Positions 38,301 through 53,300 of a DNA stretch of 64,000 nucleotides are shown here, piece after piece. The position numbers and the translations under genes were made by a program. Under the pieces are notes generated by a model. It made no database searches. It was not told the origin of the DNA and saw only the letters and a program-made list of their open reading frames with translations. This DNA comes from the human T2T-CHM13v2.0 reference genome, Homo sapiens, in NCBI RefSeq assembly GCF_009914755.1, contig NC_060927.1; one strand, written 5' to 3'. Every line of letters starts with the position of its first letter. Position 1 is the first letter of the stretch.

Positions 38301-41300
38301 CTGTCTAAAGGAAGGTTCAACCCTGTGAGTTGAATACACACACACAGAAAAAAATTCACTGAGAATTCTATTGTCTATCATTACACGAAGAAATCCCGTT
38401 TACTACGAAGGCCTCAAAGAGGTCCAAATATCCAGCTGCAGACATTACAAACTGAGTGTTTCCAAAGTGCTCTATGAAAAGAAGTGTTAAACACTGTGAG
38501 TTCAATGCACACATCCCAAAGCAGTTTCTGAGAATGATTCCGTCTATTTTTTCTACGAAGATATTTCCTTTTCTACCGTTGGCCTCAAAGCGCTTGAAAT
38601 CTCCACTTGCAAATTCCACAAAAAGAGAGTTTCAAATCTGCTCTGTCTAAAGGAAGGTTCAACTCTGTGAGTTGAATACACACCACAAAAAGAAGTTACT
38701 GAGAATTCTTCTGTCTAGCATTATATGAAAAATCCCGTTTCCAACGAAGGCCACAAAGAGGTCCAAATATCCACTTGCAGATTCTGCAAAAAGAGTGTTT
38801 CCAAACTGCTCTATGAAAAGAAACGTTAAACTCTGTGAGTTGAACGCAAACATCACAAAGTAGTTTCTGAGAATGACTCCGTCTAGTTTTTATACGAAGA
38901 TATTTCCTTTTCTACCATTCACTTCAAAGCGCTTGAAGTCTCCCCCTGAAAATTCCACAAAAAGTGTTTCCAATCTGCTCCGCCTAAAGGAAGCTTCAAC
39001 TCTGTGAGTTGAATACCCACAACCCAAAGAAGTTACTGAGAATTCTTCTGTCTAGCACTATATGAAGAAATCCCGTTTCCAACGAAGGCCTCAAATACAT
39101 CCAAATATCCAGTTGCTGACTTTACAAACTGAGTGTTTCCAAACTGCTCTATGAAAAGAAAGGTTAAACACTGTGACTTGAACACACACGTACCAAAGTA
39201 GTTTCTGAGAATGATTCTGTCTAGTTTGCATACGAAGATATTTCCTTTTCTACCATTGGCCTCAAAGCTTTGAAATCTCCACTTGCAAATTCCACAAAAA
39301 GAGAGTTTCAACTCTGCTGTTTCTAAAGGAAAGTTCAACTCTGAGAGTTGAATACACACCAGAAAAAGCAGTTACTGAGAAGTCTTCTGTCTAGCATTAT
39401 ATGAAGAAATCCCATTTCCAACGAAGACTTCAAAGAGGTCCAAATATCCACTTGCAGATTCTGCAAAAAGAGTGTTTCGAAACAACTGTATGAAAAGAAA
39501 GGTTAAACACTGTGAGTTGAACGCACACATTGCAAAGCAGTTTCTGAGAATGATTCCGTCTAATTATTATACGAAGGTATTTCCTTTTCTATCATTGGCC
39601 TCAAAGCGCTTGATACCTCCACCTGAAAATTCCACAAAAAGAGTGTTTCCAATCTACTCTGTCTAAAGGAACGTTCAACTCTGTGAGTTGAATACACACA
39701 CACAGAAAGAATTCACTGAGAATTCTTCTGTCTGGCATTACATGAAGAAATCCCGTTTCCAACGAAGGCCTCAAAGAGGTCCAAATATCCACTTGCAGAT
39801 TCTGCAAAAAGAGTGTTTCAAAACCGCTCCATTAAAAGGAATGTTGAACTCTGTGAGTTGAATGCAAACATCACAACTCAGTTTCTGAGAATGCTTCTGA
39901 CTAGATTTTATGGTAAGATATTTCCTTTTCTACCGTAGGCTTCAATGCCCTGTAAACACACCCTTGCAAATTCTACAAAGAGACTGCTTCATAACTGCTC
40001 TATAGGAGGAAAGGTTCAACTCTGTGAGTTGAATGCAGAGATCACAACGTGGTTTCTGCGAATGATTCTTTGTAGTTTTTACATGAAGATATTTCGTTGT
40101 CTACCGTAGGCTTCAAAGCACTCAAAGTATTCACTTGGAACTTTCACAAAAAGAGTGTTAGAAAACTGCTCTTTCCAAAGTAAGGTTCAACTCTGTGAGT
40201 TGAATGCACACATAACAAACAAGAAGTTTCTGAGAATTCTTCTGTCCTGGTTTATATGAAGAAATCCCGTTTCCAACGAAGGCCTCAAAGACGTTTAAAT
40301 ATCCACTTGCAGACTTCACAAACAGAGTGTTTCCAAACTGCTGTATGAAAAGAAAGGGTAAACACTGTGAGTTGAACGCACACCTCACAAAGTAGTTTCT
40401 GAGAATGATACTGTCTAGTTTTTATACGAAGATATTTCCTTTTGTACCATTGGCCTCATACTGCTAGAATTTTCCACTTGCAAATTCCACAAAAAGAGTG
40501 TTTCCAATCTGCTCTGTCTAAAGGAAGGTTCAACTCTGTGAGTTGAGTACACACACACAAAGAAGCTACTGAGAATTCTTTTGTCAAGAATTATAAGAAG
40601 AAATCCCGTTTCCAACCAAGGCCTCAAAGAGTTCCAAATATCCACTTGCACACTGCACAAACTAAGTCTTTCCATACTGCTCTATGCAAAGAAATGTTCA
40701 AATCTGTGAGTTTAATACACACATCACAAAGCAGTTTCTGAGAATGATACTGTCTAGTTTTTATACGAAGATATTTCCTTTTGTACCATTGGCCTCATAC
40801 TGCTAGAATTTTCCACTTGCAAATTCCACAAAAAGAGTGTTTCCAATCCGCTCTGTCTAAAGGAAGGTTCAACTCTCTGATTTGAATACATACATCCCAA
40901 AAGAAGTTACTGAGAATTCTTCTGTCTAGCATTATGTGAAGAAATCCCGTTTCCAACGAAAGCCTCAAAGAGGCCCAAATATCCAGTTGCAGCATTTACA
41001 AACTGACTGTTTCCAAACTCATCTATGAAAAGAAAGGTTAAACTCTGTGAGTTGAATGCACATATCACAAAGTAGTTCCTGAGAATGATTCTGTCTAGTT
41101 TTTATACGAAGATATTTCCTTTTCCACCAATGGCCTCAAAGTGCTTGAAATCTCCCCTTGCAAATTCCACAGACAAGTGTCTCAAATCTGCACTGTCTAA
41201 AGGAAGGTTCAACCCTGTGAGTTGAATACACACACACAGAAAAAAATTCACTGAGAATTCTATTGTCTATCATTACACGAAGAAATCCCGTTTACTACGA

Positions 41301-44300
41301 AGGCCTCAAAGAGGTCCAAATATCCAGCTGCAGACATTACAAACTGAGTGTTTCCAAAGTGCTCTATGAAAAGAAGTGTTAAACACTGTGAGTTCAATGC
41401 ACACATCCCAAAGCAGTTTCTGAGAATGATTCCGTCTATTTTTTCTACGAAGATATTTCCTTTTCTACCGTTGGCCTCAAAGCGCTTGAAATCTCCACTT
41501 GCAAATTCCACAAAAAGAGAGTTTCAAATCTGCTCTGTCTAAAGGAAGGTTCAACTCTGTGAGTTGAATACACACCACAAAAAGAAGTTACTGAGAATTC
41601 TTCTGTCTAGCATTATATGAAAAATCCCGTTTCCAACGAAGGCCACAAAGAGGTCTAAATATCCACTTGCAGATTCTGCAAAAAGAGTGTTTCCAAACTG
41701 CTCTATGAAAAGAAACGTTAAACTCTGTGAGTTGAACGCAAACATCACAAAGTAGTTTCTGAGAATGACTCCGTCTAGTTTTTATACGAAGATATTTCCT
41801 TTTCTACCATTCACTTCAAAGCGCTTGAAGTCTCCCCCTGAAAATTCCACAAAAAGTGTTTCCAATCTGCTCCGCCTAAAGGAAGCTTCAACTCTGTGAG
41901 TTGAATACCCACAACCCAAAGAAGTTACTGAGAATTCTTCTGTCTAGCACTATATGAAGAAATCCCGTTTCCAACGAAGGCCTCAAATACATCCAAATAT
42001 CCAGTTGCTGACTTTACAAACTGAGTGTTTCCAAACTGCTCTATGAAAAGAAAGGTTAAACACTGTGAGTTGAACACACACGTACCAAAGTAGTTTCTGA
42101 GAATGATTCTGTCTAGTTTGCATACGAAGATATTTCCTTTTCTACCATTGGCCTCAAAGCTTTGAAATCTCCACTTGCAAATTCCACAAAAAGAGAGTTT
42201 CAACTCTGCTGTTTCTAAAGGAAAGTTCAACTCTGAGAGTTGAATACACACCAGAAAAAGCAGTTACTGAGAAGTCTTCTGTCTAGCATTATATGAAGAA
42301 ATCCCATTTCCAACGAAGACTTCAAAGAGGTCCAAATATCCACTTGCAGATTCTGCAAAAAGAGTGTTTCGAAACAACTGTATGAAAAGAAAGGTTAAAC
42401 ACTGTGAGTTGAACGCACACATTGCAAAGCAGTTTCTGAGAATGATTCCGTCTAATTATTATACGAAGGTATTTCCTTTTCTATCATTGGCCTCAAAGCG
42501 CTTGATACCTCCACCTGAAAATTCCACAAAAAGAGTGTTTCCAATCTACTCTGTCTAAAGGAACGTTCAACTCTGTGAGTTGAATACACACACACAGAAA
42601 GAATTCACTGAGAATTCTTCTGTCTGGCATTACATGAAGAAATCCCGTTTCCAACGAAGGCCTCAAAGAGGTCCAAATATCCACTTGCAGATTCTGCAAA
42701 AAGAGTGTTTCAAAACCGCTCCATTAAAAGGAATGTTGAACTCTGTGAGTTGAATGCAAACATCACAACTCAGTTTCTGAGAATGCTTCTGACTAGATTT
42801 TATGGTAAGATATTTCCTTTTCTACCGTAGGCTTCAATGCCCTCTAAATACACCCTTGCAAATTCTACAAAGAGACTGCTTCATAACTGCTCTATAGGAG
42901 GAAAGGTTCAACTCTGTGAGTTGAATGCAGAGATCACAACGTGGTTTCTGCGAATGATTCTTTGTAGTTTTTACATGAAGATATTTCGTTGTCTACCGTA
43001 GGCTTCAAAGCACTCAAAGTATTCACTTGGAACTTTTACAAAAAGAGTGTTAGAAAACTGCTCTTTCCAAAGTAAGGTTCAACTCTGTGAGTTGAATGCA
43101 CACATAACAAACAAGAAGTTTCTGAGAATTCTTCTGTCCTGGTTTATATGAAGAAATCCCGTTTCCAACGAAGGCCTCAAAGACGTTTAAATATCCACTT
43201 GCAGACTTCACAAACAGAGTGTTTCCAAACTGCTCTATGAAAAGAAAGGGTAAACACTGTGAGTTGAACGCACACATCACAAAGTAGTTTCTGAGAATGA
43301 TACTGTCTAGTTTTTATACGAAGATATTTCCTTTTGTACCATTGGCCTCATACTGCTAGAATTTTCCACTTGCAAATTCCACAAAAAGAGTGTTTCCAAT
43401 CTGCTCTGTCTAAAGGAAGGTTCAACTCTGTGAGTTGAGTACACACACACACAAAGAAGCTACTGAGAATTCTTTTGTCAAGAATTATAAGAAGAAATCC
43501 CGTTTCCAACCAAGGCCCTCAAAGAGTTCCAAATATCCACTTGCACACTGCACAAACTAAGTCTTTCCATACTGCTCTATGCAAAGAAATGTTCAAATCT
43601 GTGAGTTTAATACACACATCACAAAGCAGTTTCTGAGAATGATACTGTCTAGTTTTTATACGAAGATATTTCCTTTTGTACCATTGGCCTCATACTGCTA
43701 GAATTTTCCACTTGCAAATTCCACAAAAAGAGTGTTTCCAATCCGCTCTGTCTAAAGGAAGGTTCAACTCTCTGATTTGAATACATACATCCCAAAAAAA
43801 GTTACTGAGAATTCTTCTGTCTAGCATTATGTGAAGAAATCCCGTTTCCAACGAAAGCCTCAAAGAGGCCCAAATATCCAGTTGCAGAATTTACAAACTG
43901 ACTGTTTCCAAACTCATCTATGAAAAGAAAGGTTAAACTCTGTGAGTTGAATGCACATATCACAAAGTAGTTCCTGATAATGATTCTGTCTAGTTTTTAT
44001 ACGAAGATATTTCCTTTTCCACCAATGGCCTCAAAGTGCTTGAAATCTCCCCTTGCAAATTCCACAGACAAGTGTCTCAAATCTGCACTGTCTAAAGGAA
44101 GGTTCAACCCTGTGAGTTGAATACACACACACAGAAAAAAATTCACTGAGAATTCTATTGTCTATCATTACACGAAGAAATCCCGTTTACTACGAAGGCC
44201 TCAAAGAGGTCCAAATATCCAGCTGCAGACATTACAAACTGAGTGTTTCCAAAGTGCTCTATGAAAAGAAGTGTTAAACACTGTGAGTTCAATGCACACA

Positions 44301-47300
44301 TCCCAAAGCAGTTTCTGAGAATGATTCCGTCTATTTTTTCTACGAAGATATTTCCTTTTCTACCGTTGGCCTCAAAGCGCTTGAAATCTCCACTTGCAAA
44401 TTCCACAAAAAGAGAGTTTCAAATCTGCTCTGTCTAAAGGAAGGTTCAACTCTGTGAGTTGAATACACACCACAAAAAGAAGTTACTGAGAATTCTTCTG
44501 TCTAGCATTATATGAAAAATCCCGTTTCCAACGAAGGCCACAAAGAGGTCCAAATATCCACTTGCAGATTCTGCAAAAAGAGTGTTTCCAAACTGCTCTA
44601 TGAAAAGAAACGTTAAACTCTGTGAGTTGAACGCAAACATCACAAAGTAGTTTCTGAGAATGACTCCGTCTAGTTTTTATACGAAGATATTTCCTTTTCT
44701 ACCATTCACTTCAAAGCGCTTGAAGTCTCCCCCTGAAAATTCCACAAAAAGTGTTTCCAATCTGCTCCGCCTAAAGGAAGCTTCAACTCTGTGAGTTGAA
44801 TACCCACAACCCAAAGAAGTTACTGAGAATTCTTCTGTCTAGCACTATATGAAGAAATCCCGTTTCCAACGAAGGCCTCAAATACATCCAAATATCCAGT
44901 TGCTGACTTTACAAACTGAGTGTTTCCAAACTGCTCTATGAAAAGAAAGGTTAAACACTGTGACTTGAACACACACGTACCAAAGTAGTTTCTGAGAATG
45001 ATTCTGTCTAGTTTGCATACGAAGATATTTCCTTTTCTACCATTGGCCTCAAAGCTTTGAAATCTCCACTTGCAAATTCCACAAAAAGAGAGTTTCAACT
45101 CTGCTGTTTCTAAAGGAAAGTTCAACTCTGAGAGTTGAATACACACCAGAAAAAGCAGTTACTGAGAAGTCTTCTGTCTAGCATTATATGAAGAAATCCC
45201 ATTTCCAACGAAGACTTCAAAGAGGTCCAAATATCCACTTGCAGATTCTGCAAAAAGAGTGTTTCGAAACAACTGTATGAAAAGAAAGGTTAAACACTGT
45301 GAGTTGAACGCACACATTGCAAAGCAGTTTCTGAGAATGATTCCGTCTAATTATTATACGAAGGTATTTCCTTTTCTATCATTGGCCTCAAAGCGCTTGA
45401 TACCTCCACCTGAAAATTCCACAAAAAGAGTGTTTCCAATCTACTCTGTCTAAAGGAACGTTCAACTCTGTGAGTTGAATACACACACACAGAAAGAATT
45501 CACTGAGAATTCTTCTGTCTGGCATTACATGAAGAAATCCCGTTTCCAACGAAGGCCTCAAAGAGGTCCAAATATCCACTTGCAGATTCTGCAAAAAGAG
45601 TGTTTCAAAACCGCTCCATTAAAAGGAATGTTGAACTCTGTGAGTTGAATGCAAACATCACAACTCAGTTTCTGAGAATGCTTCTGACTAGATTTTATGG
45701 TAAGATATTTCCTTTTCTACCGTAGGCTTCAATGCCCTGTAAACACACCCTTGCAAATTCTACAAAGAGACTGCTTCATAACTGCTCTATAGGAGGAAAG
45801 GTTCAACTCTGTGAGTTGAATGCAGAGATCACAACGTGGTTTCTGCGAATGATTCTTTGTAGTTTTTACATGAAGATATTTCGTTGTCTACCGTAGGCTT
45901 CAAAGCACTCAAAGTATTCACTTGGAACTTTCACAAAAAGAGTGTTAGAAAACTGCTCTTTCCAAAGTAAGGTTCAACTCTGTGAGTTGAATGCACACAT
46001 AACAAACAAGAAGTTTCTGAGAATTCTTCTGTCCTGGTTTATATGAAGAAATCCCGTTTCCAACGAAGGCCTCAAAGACGTTTAAATATCCACTTGCAGA
46101 CTTCACAAACAGAGTGTTTCCAAACTGCTGTATGAAAAGAAAGGGTAAACACTGTGAGTTGAACGCACACCTCACAAAGTAGTTTCTGAGAATGATACTG
46201 TCTAGTTTTTATACGAAGATATTTCCTTTTGTACCATTGGCCTCATACTGCTAGAATTTTCCACTTGCAAATTCCACAAAAAGAGTGTTTCCAATCTGCT
46301 CTGTCTAAAGGAAGGTTCAACTCTGTGAGTTGAGTACACACACACAAAGAAGCTACTGAGAATTCTTTTGTCAAGAATTATAAGAAGAAATCCCGTTTCC
46401 AACCAAGGCCTCAAAGAGTTCCAAATATCCACTTGCACACTGCACAAACTAAGTCTTTCCATACTGCTCTATGCAAAGAAATGTTCAAATCTGTGAGTTT
46501 AATACACACATCACAAAGCAGTTTCTGAGAATGATACTGTCTAGTTTTTATACGAAGATATTTCCTTTTGTACCATTGGCCTCATACTGCTAGAATTTTC
46601 CACTTGCAAATTCCACAAAAAGAGTGTTTCCAATCCGCTCTGTCTAAAGGAAGGTTCAACTCTCTGATTTGAATACATACATCCCAAAAGAAGTTACTGA
46701 GAATTCTTCTGTCTAGCATTATGTGAAGAAATCCCGTTTCCAACGAAAGCCTCAAAGAGGCCCAAATATCCAGTTGCAGCATTTACAAACTGACTGTTTC
46801 CAAACTCATCTATGAAAAGAAAGGTTAAACTCTGTGAGTTGAATGCACATATCACAAAGTAGTTCCTGAGAATGATTCTGTCTAGTTTTTATACGAAGAT
46901 ATTTCCTTTTCCACCAATGGCCTCAAAGTGCTTGAAATCTCCCCTTGCAAATTCCACAGACAAGTGTCTCAAATCTGCACTGTCTAAAGGAAGGTTCAAC
47001 CCTGTGAGTTGAATACACACACACAGAAAAAAATTCACTGAGAATTCTATTGTCTATCATTACACGAAGAAATCCCGTTTACTACGAAGGCCTCAAAGAG
47101 GTCCAAATATCCAGCTGCAGACATTACAAACTGAGTGTTTCCAAAGTGCTCTATGAAAAGAAGTGTTAAACACTGTGAGTTCAATGCACACATCCCAAAG
47201 CAGTTTCTGAGAATGATTCCGTCTATTTTTTCTACGAAGATATTTCCTTTTCTACCGTTGGCCTCAAAGCGCTTGAAATCTCCACTTGCAAATTCCACAA

Positions 47301-50300
47301 AAAGAGAGTTTCAAATCTGCTCTGTCTAAAGGAAGGTTCAACTCTGTGAGTTGAATACACACCACAAAAAGAAGTTACTGAGAATTCTTCTGTCTAGCAT
47401 TATATGAAAAATCCCGTTTCCAACGAAGGCCACAAAGAGGTCTAAATATCCACTTGCAGATTCTGCAAAAAGAGTGTTTCCAAACTGCTCTATGAAAAGA
47501 AACGTTAAACTCTGTGAGTTGAACGCAAACATCACAAAGTAGTTTCTGAGAATGACTCCGTCTAGTTTTTATACGAAGATATTTCCTTTTCTACCATTCA
47601 CTTCAAAGCGCTTGAAGTCTCCCCCTGAAAATTCCACAAAAAGTGTTTCCAATCTGCTCCGCCTAAAGGAAGCTTCAACTCTGTGAGTTGAATACCCACA
47701 ACCCAAAGAAGTTACTGAGAATTCTTCTGTCTAGCACTATATGAAGAAATCCCGTTTCCAACGAAGGCCTCAAATACATCCAAATATCCAGTTGCTGACT
47801 TTACAAACTGAGTGTTTCCAAACTGCTCTATGAAAAGAAAGGTTAAACACTGTGAGTTGAACACACACGTACCAAAGTAGTTTCTGAGAATGATTCTGTC
47901 TAGTTTGCATACGAAGATATTTCCTTTTCTACCATTGGCCTCAAAGCTTTGAAATCTCCACTTGCAAATTCCACAAAAAGAGAGTTTCAACTCTGCTGTT
48001 TCTAAAGGAAAGTTCAACTCTGAGAGTTGAATACACACCAGAAAAAGCAGTTACTGAGAAGTCTTCTGTCTAGCATTATATGAAGAAATCCCATTTCCAA
48101 CGAAGACTTCAAAGAGGTCCAAATATCCACTTGCAGATTCTGCAAAAAGAGTGTTTCGAAACAACTGTATGAAAAGAAAGGTTAAACACTGTGAGTTGAA
48201 CGCACACATTGCAAAGCAGTTTCTGAGAATGATTCCGTCTAATTATTATACGAAGGTATTTCCTTTTCTATCATTGGCCTCAAAGCGCTTGATACCTCCA
48301 CCTGAAAATTCCACAAAAAGAGTGTTTCCAATCTACTCTGTCTAAAGGAACGTTCAACTCTGTGAGTTGAATACACACACACAGAAAGAATTCACTGAGA
48401 ATTCTTCTGTCTGGCATTACATGAAGAAATCCCGTTTCCAACGAAGGCCTCAAAGAGGTCCAAATATCCACTTGCAGATTCTGCAAAAAGAGTGTTTCAA
48501 AACCGCTCCATTAAAAGGAATGTTGAACTCTGTGAGTTGAATGCAAACATCACAACTCAGTTTCTGAGAATGCTTCTGACTAGATTTTATGGTAAGATAT
48601 TTCCTTTTCTACCGTAGGCTTCAATGCCCTCTAAATACACCCTTGCAAATTCTACAAAGAGACTGCTTCATAACTGCTCTATAGGAGGAAAGGTTCAACT
48701 CTGTGAGTTGAATGCAGAGATCACAACGTGGTTTCTGCGAATGATTCTTTGTAGTTTTTACATGAAGATATTTCGTTGTCTACCGTAGGCTTCAAAGCAC
48801 TCAAAGTATTCACTTGGAACTTTTACAAAAAGAGTGTTAGAAAACTGCTCTTTCCAAAGTAAGGTTCAACTCTGTGAGTTGAATGCACACATAACAAACA
48901 AGAAGTTTCTGAGAATTCTTCTGTCCTGGTTTATATGAAGAAATCCCGTTTCCAACGAAGGCCTCAAAGACGTTTAAATATCCACTTGCAGACTTCACAA
49001 ACAGAGTGTTTCCAAACTGCTCTATGAAAAGAAAGGGTAAACACTGTGAGTTGAACGCACACATCACAAAGTAGTTTCTGAGAATGATACTGTCTAGTTT
49101 TTATACGAAGATATTTCCTTTTGTACCATTGGCCTCATACTGCTAGAATTTTCCACTTGCAAATTCCACAAAAAGAGTGTTTCCAATCTGCTCTGTCTAA
49201 AGGAAGGTTCAACTCTGTGAGTTGAGTACACACACACACAAAGAAGCTACTGAGAATTCTTTTGTCAAGAATTATAAGAAGAAATCCCGTTTCCAACCAA
49301 GGCCCTCAAAGAGTTCCAAATATCCACTTGCACACTGCACAAACTAAGTCTTTCCATACTGCTCTATGCAAAGAAATGTTCAAATCTGTGAGTTTAATAC
49401 ACACATCACAAAGCAGTTTCTGAGAATGATACTGTCTAGTTTTTATACGAAGATATTTCCTTTTGTACCATTGGCCTCATACTGCTAGAATTTTCCACTT
49501 GCAAATTCCACAAAAAGAGTGTTTCCAATCCGCTCTGTCTAAAGGAAGGTTCAACTCTCTGATTTGAATACATACATCCCAAAAAAAGTTACTGAGAATT
49601 CTTCTGTCTAGCATTATGTGAAGAAATCCCGTTTCCAACGAAAGCCTCAAAGAGGCCCAAATATCCAGTTGCAGCATTTACAAACTGACTGTTTCCAAAC
49701 TCATCTATGAAAAGAAAGGTTAAACTCTGTGAGTTGAATGCACATATCACAAAGTAGTTCCTGAGAATGATTCTGTCTAGTTTTTATACGAAGATATTTC
49801 CTTTTCCACCAATGGCCTCAAAGTGCTTGAAATCTCCCCTTGCAAATTCCACAGACAAGTGTCTCAAATCTGCACTGTCTAAAGGAAGGTTCAACCCTGT
49901 GAGTTGAATACACACACACAGAAAAAAATTCACTGAGAATTCTATTGTCTATCATTACACGAAGAAATCCCGTTTACTACGAAGGCCTCAAAGAGGTCCA
50001 AATATCCAGCTGCAGACATTACAAACTGAGTGTTTCCAAAGTGCTCTATGAAAAGAAGTGTTAAACACTGTGAGTTCAATGCACACATCCCAAAGCAGTT
50101 TCTGAGAATGATTCCGTCTATTTTTTCTACGAAGATATTTCCTTTTCTACCGTTGGCCTCAAAGCGCTTGAAATCTCCACTTGCAAATTCCACAAAAAGA
50201 GAGTTTCAAATCTGCTCTGTCTAAAGGAAGGTTCAACTCTGTGAGTTGAATACACACCACAAAAAGAAGTTACTGAGAATTCTTCTGTCTAGCATTATAT

Positions 50301-53300
50301 GAAAAATCCCGTTTCCAACGAAGGCCACAAAGAGGTCCAAATATCCACTTGCAGATTCTGCAAAAAGAGTGTTTCCAAACTGCTCTATGAAAAGAAACGT
50401 TAAACTCTGTGAGTTGAACGCAAACATCACAAAGTAGTTTCTGAGAATGACTCCGTCTAGTTTTTATACGAAGATATTTCCTTTTCTACCATTCACTTCA
50501 AAGCGCTTGAAGTCTCCCCCTGAAAATTCCACAAAAAGTGTTTCCAATCTGCTCCGCCTAAAGGAAGCTTCAACTCTGTGAGTTGAATACCCACAACCCA
50601 AAGAAGTTACTGAGAATTCTTCTGTCTAGCACTATATGAAGAAATCCCGTTTCCAACGAAGGCCTCAAATACATCCAAATATCCAGTTGCTGACTTTACA
50701 AACTGAGTGTTTCCAAACTGCTCTATGAAAAGAAAGGTTAAACACTGTGAGTTGAACACACACGTACCAAAGTAGTTTCTGAGAATGATTCTGTCTAGTT
50801 TGCATACGAAGATATTTCCTTTTCTACCATTGGCCTCAAAGCTTTGAAATCTCCACTTGCAAATTCCACAAAAAGAGAGTTTCAACTCTGCTGTTTCTAA
50901 AGGAAAGTTCAACTCTGAGAGTTGAATACACACCAGAAAAAGCAGTTACTGAGAAGTCTTCTGTCTAGCATTATATGAAGAAATCCCATTTCCAACGAAG
51001 ACTTCAAAGAGGTCCAAATATCCACTTGCAGATTCTGCAAAAAGAGTGTTTCGAAACAACTGTATGAAAAGAAAGGTTAAACACTGTGAGTTGAACGCAC
51101 ACATTGCAAAGCAGTTTCTGAGAATGATTCCGTCTAATTATTATACGAAGGTATTTCCTTTTCTATCATTGGCCTCAAAGCGCTTGATACCTCCACCTGA
51201 AAATTCCACAAAAAGAGTGTTTCCAATCTACTCTGTCTAAAGGAACGTTCAACTCTGTGAGTTGAATACACACACACAGAAAGAATTCACTGAGAATTCT
51301 TCTGTCTGGCATTACATGAAGAAATCCCGTTTCCAACGAAGGCCTCAAAGAGGTCCAAATATCCACTTGCAGATTCTGCAAAAAGAGTGTTTCAAAACCG
51401 CTCCATTAAAAGGAATGTTGAACTCTGTGAGTTGAATGCAAACATCACAACTCAGTTTCTGAGAATGCTTCTGACTAGATTTTATGGTAAGATATTTCCT
51501 TTTCTACCGTAGGCTTCAATGCCCTGTAAACACACCCTTGCAAATTCTACAAAGAGACTGCTTCATAACTGCTCTATAGGAGGAAAGGTTCAACTCTGTG
51601 AGTTGAATGCAGAGATCACAACGTGGTTTCTGCGAATGATTCTTTGTAGTTTTTACATGAAGATATTTCGTTGTCTACCGTAGGCTTCAAAGCACTCAAA
51701 GTATTCACTTGGAACTTTCACAAAAAGAGTGTTAGAAACCTGCTCTTTCCAAAGTAAGGTTCAACTCTGTGAGTTGAATGCACACATAACAAACAAGAAG
51801 TTTCTGAGAATTCTTCTGTCCTGGTTTATATGAAGAAATCCCGTTTCCAACGAAGGCCTCAAAGACGTTTAAATATCCACTTGCAGACTTCACAAACAGA
51901 GTGTTTCCAAACTGCTCTATGAAAAGAAAGGTTAAACACTGTGAGTTGAACGCACACCTCACAAAGTAGTTTCTGAGAATGATACTGTCTAGTTTTTATA
52001 CGAAGATATTTCCTTTTGTACCATTGGCCTCATACTGCTAGAATTTTCCACTTGCAAATTCCACAAAAAGAGTGTTTCCAATGTGCTCTGTCTAAAGGAA
52101 GGTTCAACTCTGTGAGTTGAGTACACACACACAAAGAAGCTACTGAGAATTCTTTTGTCAAGAATTATAAGAAGAAATCCCGTTTCCAACCAAGGCCTCA
52201 AAGAGTTCCAAATATCCACTTGCACACTGCACAAACTAAGTCTTTCCATACTGCTCTATGCAAAGAAATGTTCAAATCTGTGAGTTTAATACACACATCA
52301 CAAAGCAGTTTCTGAGAATGATACTGTCTAGTTTTTATACGAAGATATTTCCTTTTGTACCATTGGCCTCATACTGCTAGAATTTTCCACTTGCAAATTC
52401 CACAAAAAGAGTGTTTCCAATCCGCTCTGTCTAAAGGAAGGTTCAACTCTCTGATTTGAATACATACATCCCAAAAGAAGTTACTGAGAATTCTTCTGTC
52501 TAGCATTATGTGAAGAAATCCCGTTTCCAACGAAAGCCTCAAAGAGGCCCAAATATCCAGTTGCAGCATTTACAAACTGACTGTTTCCAAACTCATCTAT
52601 GAAAAGAAAGGTTAAACTCTGTGAGTTGAATGCACATATCACAAAGTAGTTCCTGAGAATGATTCTGTCTAGTTTTTATACGAAGATATTTCCTTTTCCA
52701 CCAATGGCCTCAAAGTGCTTGAAATCTCCCCTTGCAAATTCCACAGACAAGTGTCTCAAATCTGCACTGTCTAAAGGAAGGTTCAACCCTGTGAGTTGAA
52801 TACACACACACAGAAAAAAATTCACTGAGAATTCTATTGTCTATCATTACACGAAGAAATCCCGTTTACTACGAAGGCCTCAAAGAGGTCCAAATATCCA
52901 GCTGCAGACATTACAAACTGAGTGTTTCCAAAGTGCTCTATGAAAAGAAGTGTTAAACACTGTGAGTTCAATGCACACATCCCAAAGCAGTTTCTGAGAA
53001 TGATTCCGTCTATTTTTTCTACGAAGATATTTCCTTTTCTACCGTTGGCCTCAAAGCGCTTGAAATCTCCACTTGCAAATTCCACAAAAAGAGAGTTTCA
53101 AATCTGCTCTGTCTAAAGGAAGGTTCAACTCTGTGAGTTGAATACACACCACAAAAAGAAGTTACTGAGAATTCTTCTGTCTAGCATTATATGAAAAATC
53201 CCGTTTCCAACGAAGGCCACAAAGAGGTCCAAATATCCACTTGCAGATTCTGCAAAAAGAGTGTTTCCAAACTGCTCTATGAAAAGAAACGTTAAACTCT

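Noticed and set aside
51739-52083. Three private SNVs close together in U19 (51739, 51932, 52083)
   Set aside because: Could be another imported patch, but no donor is visible in the window and three sites are too few to support the claim.
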